The position numbers were made by a program, and so were the translations under genes. A DNA stretch of 64,000 nt, taken from Aplysia californica. Taxonomy: Eukaryota. Shown in pieces: positions 1 to 13,200 of the stretch. The notes beneath the pieces are model-generated. The model ran no database searches. It was given only the letters and a program-made list of their open reading frames with translations, and had not been told where the DNA came from. The stretch is taken from positions 286,929 through 350,928 of the forward strand of contig NW_004797935.1 in the NCBI RefSeq assembly GCF_000002075.1, given 5' to 3'. Within the stretch, counting starts at the first letter, position 1. Every line of letters begins with the position of its first letter.

Positions 1-26
1 TCTCTCTCTCTCTCTCTCTCTCTCTC
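1..26. repeat. (TC)n microsatellite
   Basis: Perfect TC run at the window start. Confidence 0.95.
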
Positions 27-521
27 CTTTCCAAAAATGTTGTGGACATGATCATTGTGGTAGTCCTTCAATCTGGCTATTCTCAAGAGCTTTTATCTGA
101 AATAATCTTTTGTCGCTGAGTAAATCTCAAGATGCAAGATCTCATATTGTGAGACAGAAGTTATGGCAAGAACTCCGCAAAACGTTAGGCTCTGACATCT
201 GCTGTCTGCTGTGATGGACACACACTGAAACCCGACGTCTGTGGTGTAGCGGTTAGGCGCTTTGCTGTCACCCCTAACCCCTAACCCCTGAAACGTTTAA
301 TTTTGCGAAAGATCAATGAATAATACATGTATCCGTTCACATCCATTGTCACAGCGAAAGATAATACCAAGAACTAAAAGGATTGTATCCAGATTGTCAA
401 CAATGAAACAGCAACAACAAAGTACATATTATTATTAATGCTTTCTGTGATATTCGTAGTATTAGTTTTGTATTGCTACAGTAGCTGCGGCTGCTGCGAA
501 CTGACAGTACAAGAACTATTT

Positions 522-533
522 CTGCTGCTGCTG

Positions 534-587
<54 letters not shown>

Positions 588-652
588 TTACTACTACTAC
601 TACTACCACTACCACTACTACCATTGCTACTACTACTTTTACTACTACTACT
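522..652. repeat. (CTG)n/(CTA)n compound microsatellite
   Basis: CTG x4, then a long CTA run with CCA/TTA variants; explains the poly-Leu and poly-Val ORFs. Confidence 0.95.
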
Positions 653-1289
653 GTCGAATAGGGCCTAAATACAACAATTTATAATACTAGACATGTATTG
701 CAACACAATATGGCAAGCCTAGTGAACCCTGGCATGAGTTGGGGTTACGATTTTCAAAGTAAAATGGTGCATATATCTATTTCTAAGCAGTATAATTAAT
801 TACTGTCGCACTCAAGAATCACTTCTCTTAAATCAGTGTTCCATACTAAAGCACCAGTCTTAATAAGGTACTGGTAACTTTGATTTACTCTACTTTAAAA
901 AAAAAAATCTGCCTTTTAATCTCACCTCAACTTACTCGATCATTACTTTGTAGATGTATTACTTTTCGATTCTGTTGATACGTCAAACGGCGACGTGTAT
1001 CCTGACAAAATTAGATCTTTTCAAAGAAAGGGGGAAACAATGGGGCTCAGAAATATCGACATTGAGAATTACCAACAGTATAACTGGGTATTCTAGTACT
1101 TATAAGGTACTGTGTATATATAATTTTTAGATTAGATTAGGAATTGCTAAGTACACGTATTAATAAACAACATCGACCTGATACCCCATTTGGTATACGG
1201 AACTTTTTCACAATCTCAAAAGCTGGAAGTAACCGATAACGAATTTATCAATTATTTGTTACTTTCATGCATGGGAGAAACGTAAACAC

Positions 1290-4200
1290 ATGGCTCACAT
1301 GGCGGACGAAGATATCGGCATGGTAAGTTTGCGAATGTCAATTTCATGGTTATACGGAGGCCATGGATTTAAGATGGCTCTATGCTTCATGTGGATATAG
1401 ATCTTGTCTTAATAAAGTCTATATACAATCGTAGATCTAGATTTAGAATCTAGATCTAGATGTAGATTCTAGATCTAGACTCTAGATCTAGACTTTCCGC
1501 ATATACCCATGTCCTGTCTCCCACTCCCAGTCCCTACGTAATGAAATGCAGTTGCAGTGAGCTCAGAGAGGCAGTGACTGAGTCTGAGTCTGAGAGGGCG
1601 CTTTTTCGGTAGTTCCCACCCCGCAATTGTTATTCACGGGTTTTGACCCCAAGAGTAGGGGGGTTTCAGGGGGGCTTGCCCCCCTGACCTAAAAAAAAAT
1701 AGGAAGGGGGGTTTCAGGGGGGCATGCCCCCCTGAATTTTACCACAATTTAATGTTTTGCTGTTGTTAGGTTTGATATCTTAGCTCACCGCGAATCAAAC
1801 ATATACATATAGATCTAGATTTCTAGATCTAGATGTAGGTCAGGCTCAAATAAGGGGGGTGGGAACTACCGAAAAAGCACCTCTGAGAGTCTCCTTCTAA
1901 CCTTCTTTCACTTAGAATCTAATCTAGGACTAAATCTAGATATATATCTAGATCTAGAAATAGATCTCTAGATATCTAGACCTAGAATCTAGATCTAGAC
2001 AGGGGCACTCCTGTACAATTGCGGTCCCGTTTAAGGATACTCGTTTGGCTGTGGATATTACTGTGGCTGTGACAGCCCTCCCGTACGTAGCCGACTCATA
2101 GCTAATCTAGATCTAGATCTAGATCTCTATGTGTATGGCCCTCCCTCTCGTCTGAATATTCAGGTACTTCAATTGTGGTTGGGGCAACGTTCCCGGACTA
2201 GATTTATATACACTTCATTTGAAAATGCCTTATTGAAGGTACTGCGAGAAAACAAGACTGCTTGACTTTGGCAGTAACCTGTTTTGGGGAGGACTTCCGT
2301 AACGAGCCACCACTATGAGACAGAGCCACAGAATTCTACACTTATAGAAGCGGAACTCCCTCTTCGCGATCACCGATTCGCTGTGAGGAATTGAAACTAA
2401 AACATGGCGGCCGGTTGAGGGCACCTTTGGCTGCGCCGCACAGCGAGGCTTCGCGTTGCTATGCACGCTGATGCTAGTGGTAGGGCTTGGAAGACAACTT
2501 ACATCAGTATTTTAAAACTTTCTTCGAAGAGGAAATATAGTGAAATAGTCTAGTACCTTTTTATTATGTCATAATTGGCAATGTTACAATGTTTTTGTAT
2601 TTGTATTGTTGGTTTGTTGTTTTTTTTAATGATGGGAAGGGATCTAGATCTAGATAGATCTAGATCTCTGATCTACTAAAGATCTTCACAATCACAATAC
2701 ACTTGATAATAACACTAATTATGAACATTAATTCTGTTGGCAAAATATCTAGATATAGTCTTGATTAGTACTAGATCTACGATAAGGGGACGCTGACAGT
2801 AACATGCTCACTACAATAATATTGTCATTAAACTTAAGATCCAAAGCAAGCAAAAAAGAACAATATAAGCCTTTTCTCCAATGTATTAGAAAGAGATAAA
2901 TAAATTGAGCTTATATTGAGGAAATGTATTATTTCTCACTTTAAGAATTCATCTCTGTGTTTGCATCAGTAGTGTGTACAACAACATGCTTTGTTTAAAG
3001 CATGTGCGAGTCTAACAAATACAAGAGATTGGAGAATGTGTCGGTTGCACATAAAATACATAGGCCTATTGTACATGCTGCCAAAAACACAAAAATGCAG
3101 AAAAGGCCTCAAAATATTGGTTTACACATAAAAGCCAATAATGCAAAACAAAGTAAACAAGAGTGGAACTGGCATAATAATATGTTTCCTGAATATATGT
3201 TCAAAGTCATTTTCTGTGCGTTGGGAGTGTGATTTCTAATGCATGAATGATAGGCTCATTTAGATGTGATAATGAAGAAACTTGTGTCTACAGTCACAAC
3301 AGAAAGAGTTCCATGGCGAGTGATCACTGGTCAAGGATTTCAGAGCTGTGTGCATTTTGAGAAAAATGTATCCCCATACCCTGGATCACATGTCGAGGGG
3401 GTAGGCTTGTCCCCCTGTAATCCCTGCACACAGTAAACAAAGACATATTTTTGAACACGAATAAGAAAAAATAAGTGGTCTCTTGTTACGGATCAAATTG
3501 AAGTCCTGTTTCAATTCGATTAATTGATAAAAGTGCGTATCGCAATGCGTTGGCCACCCCTGCCCTATAAGACTATGCTATTTAATAAATACATTTGTCA
3601 GACCTGGAATCTTTAATCCTCGCACACAGTAAACAAACACACATTTTTGAACACGTAAGAAAAAGTAAGTGTTGTCTTGTTACGGATCAAATCGAAGTCC
3701 TGATACAATTCAATTAATTGATAAAAGCGTGTATCGCAAGGCATCGGCTAACCCAGCACTATTACGCTATTTTATAAATACATTCGTCAGATCTGGAATC
3801 TTTAATCTTTAATTTTTAATCCCCGCACACAGTAAACAAACACACATTTTTGAACACGTAAGAAAAAATAAGTGTTGTCTTGTTACGGATCAAATCGAAG
3901 TCCTGATACAATTCAATTAATTGATAAAAGCGTGTATCGCAAGGCATCGGCTAACCCAGCACTATTACGCTATTTTATAAATACATTCGTCAGATCTGGA
4001 ATCTTTAATCTTTAATTTTTAATCCCCGCACACAGTAAACAAACACACATTTTTGAACACGTAAGAAAAAATAAGTGTTGTCTTGTTACGGATCAAATCG
4101 AAGTCCTGATACAATTCAATTAATTGATAAAAGCGTGTATCGCAAGGCATCGGCTAACCCAGCACTATTACGCTATTTTATAAATACATTCGTCAGATCT

Positions 4201-7200
4201 GGAATCTTTAATCTTTAATTTTTAATCCCCGCACACAGTAAACAAACACACATTTTTGAACACGTAAGAAAAAATAAGTGTTGTCTTGTTACGGATCAAA
4301 TCGAAGTCCTGTTACAATTCAATTAATTGATAAAAGCGTGTATCGCAAAGCATCGGCTAACCCAGCACTATTACGCTATTTTATAAATACATTCGTCAGA
4401 TCTGGAATCTTTAATCTTTAATTTTTAATCCCCGCACACAGTAAACAAACACACATTTTTGAACACGTAAGAAAAAATAAGTGTTGTCTTGTTACGGATC
4501 AAATCGAAGTCCTGATACAATTCAATTAATTGATAAAAGCGTGTATCGCAAGGCATCGGCTAACCCAGCACTATTACGCTATTTTATAAATACATTCGTC
4601 AGATCTGGAATCTTTAATCTTTAATTTTTAATCCCCGCACACAGTAAACAAACACACATTCATGAACACGTATAAAAAAATAAGTGGTCTCTTAATGTTA
4701 CGGATCAAATTGAAGTCTAGTTACAATTCAATAATTTATAATAGCGCGCATTGCAATGCATTGGCTAACTCAACATTATACGCTATTTAATAATACATTC
4801 GGCAGATTTGAAATCTTAAATTATAATCATAATTAAATGAGCCCGCGCGTGGGAAGTGAAAGTGAAAGGAATTGAAAATGCTTTCAAAAACAATTCTGAA
4901 AGCAACATAATTAAAGTTGGACTACATGTGCTTATACAGGCCCAAAAAGGTGTATGGATGCGGAAATAAATGTTTCGGATGAAAATAATACGCTATACTA
5001 CTGTAGCATGCGGGTCAAAAATTTGATGCGCAACTTATTATCAAATATCGCTAGGCTACTGAACTATCGAACACCTAGATCTAGATTCTCCTACGTTTAC
5101 ACAATGACTTAGATCTATATATCAATTCGTCTTAACCGATGAGTATTTTTTTCAAACATTTGCACACATCTATAGGTTCTATATTATTGTAGAAATTTCT
5201 TTAAAGAAAATTCTTTAATAAATACAAGCCCAATATAAAAAAAAACAATCCCAGTCAATGGTTTCTACTGATTTTTAACAAGTTTATAGCTGGAGCTAAA
5301 TCTCTTTTAAAAGCAAGTCCGTCCTTTTTTCTACTTCTGCTGGCGACATAAAGTTAATTATTGAACGCATGTTTTGAGAACATTAATTAGATCTAGTGAA
5401 AAAATATGTTCAGTGTAAAACAAATTTCTTGTAACAAGTTTTGCTACTAAAAAATTACGTAGGCCATATGCGTATGCAAAATGTGTGTGGGAAGCTAGAA
5501 GTGCTGTGAACAATCCCATCCGTGTTACGATTTTTTTCACAGTTCTGTAGATCTTATATTTATAAACTCTCTATGTCTGCTGTTTCTGTTGTTGCACCCA
5601 AAAACACAACAATTTAAAACCTTAATTCCAATCTCTAGTTGCACAGTGAATTCTGTAACTCAAAATTACAAACTGGACAGTAAATGTTCCACTTTTCACT
5701 CGTTTGTAAAAGCCGCTATTGCTTTAAAAGCTATAGGGTTACTTCCGAAAACGATAAATCGTGCCCTCAAGACGCCATTGTTTTCGGTCTTCAATTCCTC
5801 ACAGGTCACGTGGTACAGTTCCCGTTCTATAAGTGTAGAATTCTGTGGACAGAGCAGAATTGAGGGCTTGGGGTAGGGTTAGGGTTAGGTCTAGGCCTCT
5901 TCTTTATATTATTGTTTGATGGGGTGGTCGCTCGTTACGGAAGTCCTTCCCTATTTTGCTTTATTTTAGTCACCCTCAAAGCAAAACAAAAACGAAGTGT
6001 ATACAGACCCGGTAGGGGAACTCTTTTGTTATGTCGAAAAGTTTCAGAGCCCAGACCCGGTAGTATGTGTGAGTGAGAGAGAGCAAGAGAGCGAGCATAG
6101 GGAAATGCTAGCAAAATGCATATATGACATGCCCCAGTTTACAGGAGGGAACGAGAGACAGATAGAGTGGGAAATAGGTGGGGAGAAAGAAAGACAGAGA
6201 CAAACAAAGGAAAAGAGAATGCGAGCGATACACAGAGAGAGAGAGAGAGAGAGAGCGTGACTGCTCGATTGAAATTATGACATTGCTCTTTTCTTCAAAT
6301 TGTGATTCCTCCAACTCCGAAAATGGAGGAAAAACAATGGTTCATCGAAAAGACATCACAATTTTCATTTAAATCTAGATCTAGATCTAGGCTAACCTCG
6401 AAACTAGATCAATGATTTATGTCTGTCTGTCTAGATCGAGACCTAGGCCATAGATCTAGAAGAACCTAGGTCTACCCTGAGCCAAGAGGGCGCTGAAACT
6501 TTCCGAAATCACAAAAGAGTTTGCCTACCGGGTCTGTATACTTTGTGACTTTGTTCCCGGTTACTGGGTCTGTATACACTCCCAAACAAAAAATCCCCAC
6601 ACACACACACACACACACGCGCGCGCGCGCATGCACGAGGGCCACTTCATTCGCTAATAGCCAAAAAATCTTGAGAAGGAAGGCCGATTGGAGAAACAGA
6701 GTTGAAGTTTATTTTCCTGACAGTTCGGAGAAATAGAGCCGATGTATGCAAATCCGTCTTTCTATTAAATATTAAATATATGTGGTAATTATATTGTAAT
6801 AACCATAATAACTATTTTGTCTTTGTCATTTTTTTTGCCCCCTTTCTCGCTTTCTTGCTACATTTCCATTCATTTTTGTCTTGTTATTTTTTATCTCCAG
6901 GAGTCGTTTGACATGAGTGATGATGAGGACAAGGTGGATGATGCAGCCCACGGGAAGCTCATTTCCTCCATTCAGTCCTTGGATGGAAAAAAGAAGTATG
7001 CTTTTGCAGTTACTTGGATTTTCTTCTCTTTTTGAAAAAAATCAGACCTTTGACAAACTGAATTTTAGATAGATCTATTAATTGTTTTAAAAATTCTTAT
7101 TATGCTGTTCATTTTCTCCTTCTTGATAAAAAGAAACTATTAATCGACAAAGGATCACTTGCTTCCTCTGTAACTTGGGATGGGTAGAAAATCAAGCCCC

Positions 7201-10200
7201 TTTGATTTTTTAAGGTGAAAATAGGGTGCTGTTTCAGTTGGACTGTTCAGGCCTCTGAATCATGATTAAAAGAATACTTGATTTTACAGTAGTTTTCAGT
7301 CTCAAGTAGTGATTGTTATGTTACAGCGAATTCTATTTCATCCTCTACTTTGGTGTTTCACTGAGGTGAAAGACTATACCCTTCAAGAAATAAATTTGCC
7401 ATCTTTGAAAAAGTATTTTTATTTCAAAGGCTGAGACTTCTTTAAATACTGCGCCTTTAAATCACTCTTTCACATCAATAAGGATAAGAGCATTGTTTTG
7501 TATTGAGTTAGCTAATGATGCTGTAAGTACTAACATCATGGTCACCTTTTTTGTGTGTGATTTTAGACACAAAAAGACCATCCGAGGAATTCCAGTGGCC
7601 CCTACCAATCTGGATCTGGTTGTTCATGCTAACAGAGGTATGTAGACTAGTGTGTTTTTTTGTTCGAAACCCCACACCCCCACCCCATACCCACTACACC
7701 ATTTGTCGGAGTGTAATTTTCATGGGAAATGTTAATAGAAGCTGACATTTTCCTTAAGGCTAGACCCACACAGGCGTCAGGGCCCGAACCGATTATTTTT
7801 TGCCGACTGTGCCATCTATACCGCTACCGGTACCCAACGATCGATCAGACAACATCAGTTTAGTAGTAGAAAATGGCGTGTAGCAGGAGGAGAAAGTTGT
7901 TGGTCTTGTTGTTAAGGGAGGGGGGGGGGGGGCTCTCGTGGTCTACGGGTTACGTTGTTTGCCTCTCATTCAGCAGGCTCCAGGCTCGAAACTTGACAGC
8001 GACGGAAAATTTGCTCCTTTTACCTCCTTTCCTCCTCTCATGTTCTCCTCGTGGCGAGCGCCGTAAAACGCTCTCAAAGCAAAAACCAACAGACTGGCGG
8101 GAAAGGGGAAAGAATTAATAGAGGCAAGGTCTACGAAAATTATCCCACTTTGGCCGGACGGACGGCATGGAATGAGTTCCATTCCTAAACAGTCTGGTCT
8201 AGGACATCTGGTTTTGGTGTGGGTGGGTTGCCGTTTTTTATAACCTGTCGTTACTGTTCTGCCGGCGTTTATTCTTCTGTATTGGAAAATGGTCCGGTCT
8301 GACCGTTGGGCCCGATGCCGGTGTGGGTCTACCCTAAAGATATTCTCTTGCATTGCACAAGAGTATGAGGCTTATGTCTCGTATCATTTTGACTGGCAGC
8401 CTGACTTTTTATTATATTCTAAAGGACAAATTCCTTCTCTGAAACTATCCTGGAAGGTGATTTTCGAGACTGAATTTTCTGATTTGAGTGATTCTCTAGA
8501 TTCGAAGCCAACATAAAATTAAAAGTGTTTTTCTTAATTATTGTTAAGTACTTCAATTAGGAACTGGAAACTACTTTTAGAAGTGAAAAGGGGAGTGTAT
8601 AATGTGAAGACTACAGGGGAAACGACTGTAGTGACAAACTGAAAATCGTGAGGGTGCCAATTTTTAAAACTTGTGGACTCATAACTTTATATTTGTTTGA
8701 CTGGTGGTTTGTTATTAAATGTTTTTGAATGGGAAATCTAACAACAATAATCAACCAACAGTTGAACATATACAATTATGAGTCAACAAGCGTTCAAAAT
8801 TGGTACCCTCCTGATTTTCAGTTTGTGACTGCAGTCGCTTTTCCCCTGTAGTTTTCAACCATTTCAACCAACAAGAGGAGCTGATCTGGCGAAAATGCTT
8901 GTGTGTAGATTGGACGCAGTCAGTAGAGATGGTAAAGAGTGTGGTGGATTTAGGAAACCTCATATTTTGCTTACCCATCTGATGTCATTGTCTTTTATCT
9001 TGTGGGGGGGAGGGGGGTGTTGTCGGGGTTTTTTTTTAATCGATTAAAAATATTATTTAAACCACCAAATGATTCCGTTAAAGCTGAATCGTTTTTTCTT
9101 TATGTCAGATGCATCGAAGATCAAGGCAGAGGATCTGAAGTTGAGGCCAAATCTTGGCAAAACAGAGCTGAAAAAGCCCATGAGCTCTGGAGAGCTAGAG
9201 GCGGTAATGTACTTTTGCAGTCGTTTTATTTTTCTAAATTTTTGGGGGGGTTGTTGTTTTTTTTAAACGTGTTTTTGAGCTATTCCTTTATTTTGACGAC
9301 AGTGTGGGTGGCACTTGCGGCAGGTTACTTTTCTTTCTTAATTACTTTTCTTTCCTAACTTTCTAAAAATTTTTTTTTTGTCTGTGTCTCTTTACCCTGT
9401 ATGCTGTTTATTAATGTATTCTATTTTGATTATTATATTATTATTATTATTGTGAACTAATTCAACAGTGTTTTGAATATAATGTTGTGGGTAGTTTACG
9501 GGTGCTCTGGTGTGGTTTGCTTCTTCTTTCCTATCAAGTGTCTATCGTCCTTATCTCTCCTCGTTTTTATGTTTGTTACTCTCTAGTAACACGTCTAATC
9601 TTCGGCACTTCTATGACCGTATTGTATTGCAAATGCCATAAAACACTTATAATTAAAACTAAAGATGAATGTAATTTTGATTGTGTCTTTCCTAACAGGC
9701 CAAGCGTCAGATTGCAAGAGACTCCATGGTGAAGGAAACTACAAAGTGGGACCCTGTGGTCCGAGAAATGAGGCTTGTGAGTGTTTATGTCAGGCTACGT
9801 GTACTTTATCTGGATATCTTCTTCTACCNNNNNNNNNNNNNNNNNNNNNNNNNNNNNNNNNNNNNNNNNNNNNNNNNNNNNNNNNNNNNNNNNNNNNNNN
9901 NNNNNNNNNNNNNNNNNNNNNNNNNNNNNNNNNNNNNNNNNNNNNNNNNNNNNNNNNNNNNNNNNNNNNNNNNCTAGTATAGCTCCTCTTGGAAATTCTG
10001 AGGAGAAAAAAACAACTTTCAAGACCTGATTTGCAAAAATAATAATGAGAACAAAGCCTCTGTGCATCAATGCGAGTCATCTCCTTGACCATTTGTCACA
10101 TTGCAGCTCCAGATGTACTTTGAATAGCTTGAATTTTCTATTGAATGAAGAAAAGTGTGTATGGAGGGTTTGGAGGGCAGTTATTTGGCCTGTGCCCACC

Positions 10201-13200
10201 ATGCCACTGACCCCCCGCATGGATGAAGTCTGTTTGTGGGTGGTTGGCGGATGCTCTGATGTTGTTTGCTCCTTCTTTCCTATCAAACATTTATTATCCT
10301 TGTCTCTCCTCTTTTTTTTTGTGATTGTAACATCTCTAATCTTCGGCACTTATATGACCTTATATTATGTTGCATATGCCTTAAAACTCTTAATAAAAAC
10401 CAAGAGTCTGGATGGGGTTTTTTTGGTGTTGTGAAAAGTTGACATCTGTTGTGTTATGACCGTGACGATATTTGGAGTGGGAGTAAGTTTATCCAGAATC
10501 TCCATCGTCTGTCTGTTGGTATGTGGTGTCCCACTAAGCTTGGGTTGGCCCTCACAGGTAGATTAGATGCATCTCACCTCCCAATTGATCTATATTGTGT
10601 TGATAAAGCCATAAAACATTAACAGTTAATATTATTAATCTATCAGTACCAAAGAACCTTTCCTGTGGGTGGTTGGCAGGTGCTTTGGTGTGGTTTGCTC
10701 CTTCTTTCCTATGAAACAACTATCGTCCTTATCTCTCCTTTTTGGAATTGTTACCCTCTTTTAGCAGCTCTAATTTTCTGCAAGTTTATGACCTAGGTGT
10801 GTTGCAAGTGCTGTAAAACTCTAACTAAAAGTAAATGAAATTATTAACTCCTTTTAAACCATTTTTCATTTCAGGCTCCCCAGACAAGTTACACCAAACG
10901 AGAACATGGCATTGCTCTGTACGAGACCCTTCGGCCCAAGCAGTTTGTTGTGAGTTTAACATTTTATTTCATTACAGAAGGTGCTCTGAGTTACATTGAG
11001 TTACCTTTTTATGATAATTGTATCTCTGCGACGATGATTTCTGCTGTTTCAGACACTGATTTTTAAAAAAATAAGATTTTCAGGGGTCTTGCTAATTTTA
11101 CCTCTGACACCAGGTGACCTCCTCCTCCTTCAATCTCAAATATCTCGACTTCTATTCCAGATAGATAGATATTTTTTTCATCAAAAGCAAGACAAATGAA
11201 CCATCTTTTAGATTTTATATTAAGAACTTCATATGCTCAAAAGTAGATAAGCGACTGATTCCACCATGTCGTGGCACATGGCCTTCTGCAAGTCGATTTA
11301 GGTTAAAGTTTTCAGTTACAATTACATGTAGAAACCCAAGCTCTTACCCAGAGCTGTTAAAGTACTTTTAAAAAGGTACTTAAGTACAAATTTAAGTACA
11401 ATCTAAAATATGTACTTAAGTACAGTAAAAGTACTTTCCTGTAAAATGTACTTGAGTTCAAGTACTTTTTTAAAAAGTGCTTACGAGTACATTTTGAGTA
11501 CTTTCTGCTAATATGCTAAAACACTTCAGTGCTAATGCAAAACATCATATTGAATAACATATCTATTATATTTGACAAATTAAGCCATTTATTACTAATA
11601 ATGTAAACAGTATACAAAGTATTTGAATATGTGCTTTAAAAATACTCAAAAGTACTTTTATAAAAAAAGTATCAAGAGTACAGTAAAAGTACTGGTTCTC
11701 AAAATGTACCGGAGTACAGTAAAAGTACTGAAAATTGTAACGTAAGTACAAGTACCGGTGTACTCCGTTACAACAAGCTCTGCTCTTACCCCTTCCTGAA
11801 AATGTTTCTCATTGCTGGTTTGCTTGGTATAATTCCTAATCTGAATTCAAGTTGATACTAAGTGGGTGGTTGGAGGGTGCCGCTGGAAGATCTTGTGTCT
11901 TTTCTTTTCCTTTGTTGTTTCTGTCTTTATGTTTTGCTTTTTCCTGCTTTCTCTAAACAACCATCATTCTGTTGATGTGCTTTTCTTTGCTCAGACAAAA
12001 GAAACAATGTATTTGTCTGTAAACATCTGTCAGTAGAAGCAAGTAATTATCAGTATGTGTTGGTGGGTGGTTTGCCGGCGCTCTGGTTTGTTTTGCGCTT
12101 TCTTTCATGTATATATATTAAACATCTGTCGTCATTGTCTCGCTTCTGTCTTTTCTTTGTATGTTATGGTACTCTCTAGCAACACCTTTAAATCTTTGGC
12201 ACTTACCTGAACTGTGTTGTAAGTGCCTTAACCCTATCCATACGCCCTGTGGTCATTTTGTACCCTCGGGGTTGTATTCTTCACATTTAAGAATACTTCT
12301 AGTGTGAAGATCTCTTTGATACTTTCAGTATTTCTCAAAAAATCATTTTGACAGACTGCTCTTTGGAAAATGGTGGCTTAGAGTTCCCCACATCGTATGG
12401 ATACGATGGTAAAACACGAAGTAAAGATAGGGTTAAAACTTTAAAAAATAAAACTAAGCTAAATCAGTATTTGTTGTGACTCATGTTCTAAATGTAATTT
12501 GTATTGTCCTCCCTGTAGCCGAGAACACCTCTGGAACAAGAGCTGTATGCGGCCCTGGGCAAGAGTGAGGATATTCTGAAACCTGACAAGGAGATGACTG
12601 TAGCAGAGGAAAAAGCTCTCAAGGCCATGTCTATCAAGGAGGTAATTTTGTCACTTACCAGCTTTAGTGAGCGGGTGTTAGGAGGGTGTATGTAGTCTTT
12701 CCTGCTACTTTACTATGCTTCGGCTGTTTCTCTTTTGTCTGTGTTGCTTATTTGTCGTGAGCCAGAGTTTCGATTACCCCCCTGGGCAGTGTCACTGACT
12801 GAAGTGTCTTTAGGCCATTCCCAAAGGGGGAACATTTTCATTCAAGCATAGTAGAATTGTAAATGGGCTGACTCTTGTCACGCTCATAACTATGTCTGAT
12901 CTACAACAGAGAACTGCTGCGTTTTCTTTTCTGATCCTTACTATTGTCATTTTTCCTCTACTTCTTTTGTATGTTTGTCACTCTCTTGTGACCTGCTATT
13001 TTGGGGTGCCTTGATAGTTGAAGCAGACCTTGTGCTGTTGAAGCTAGAGAGGTGAGCAGTCTAAGTCTGATTCCCTGTAAAGACTTGTCTGTTGACACCC
13101 ACCCCTTGGCGCTCATATGACCATATGCAGTTGCGAGCGCTGTAAAACCCTCTACTATTTAAAAAAAAAGAGTTTCCATCATTGTACCATAAAATGCTTT

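Noticed and set aside
271-289. Telomere or chromosome end
   Set aside because: Only 2-3 imperfect CCCTAA-like units, internal and adjacent to repeat fragments.
397-668. poly-Val and poly-Leu ORFs
   Set aside because: Translations of the (CTA)n microsatellite.
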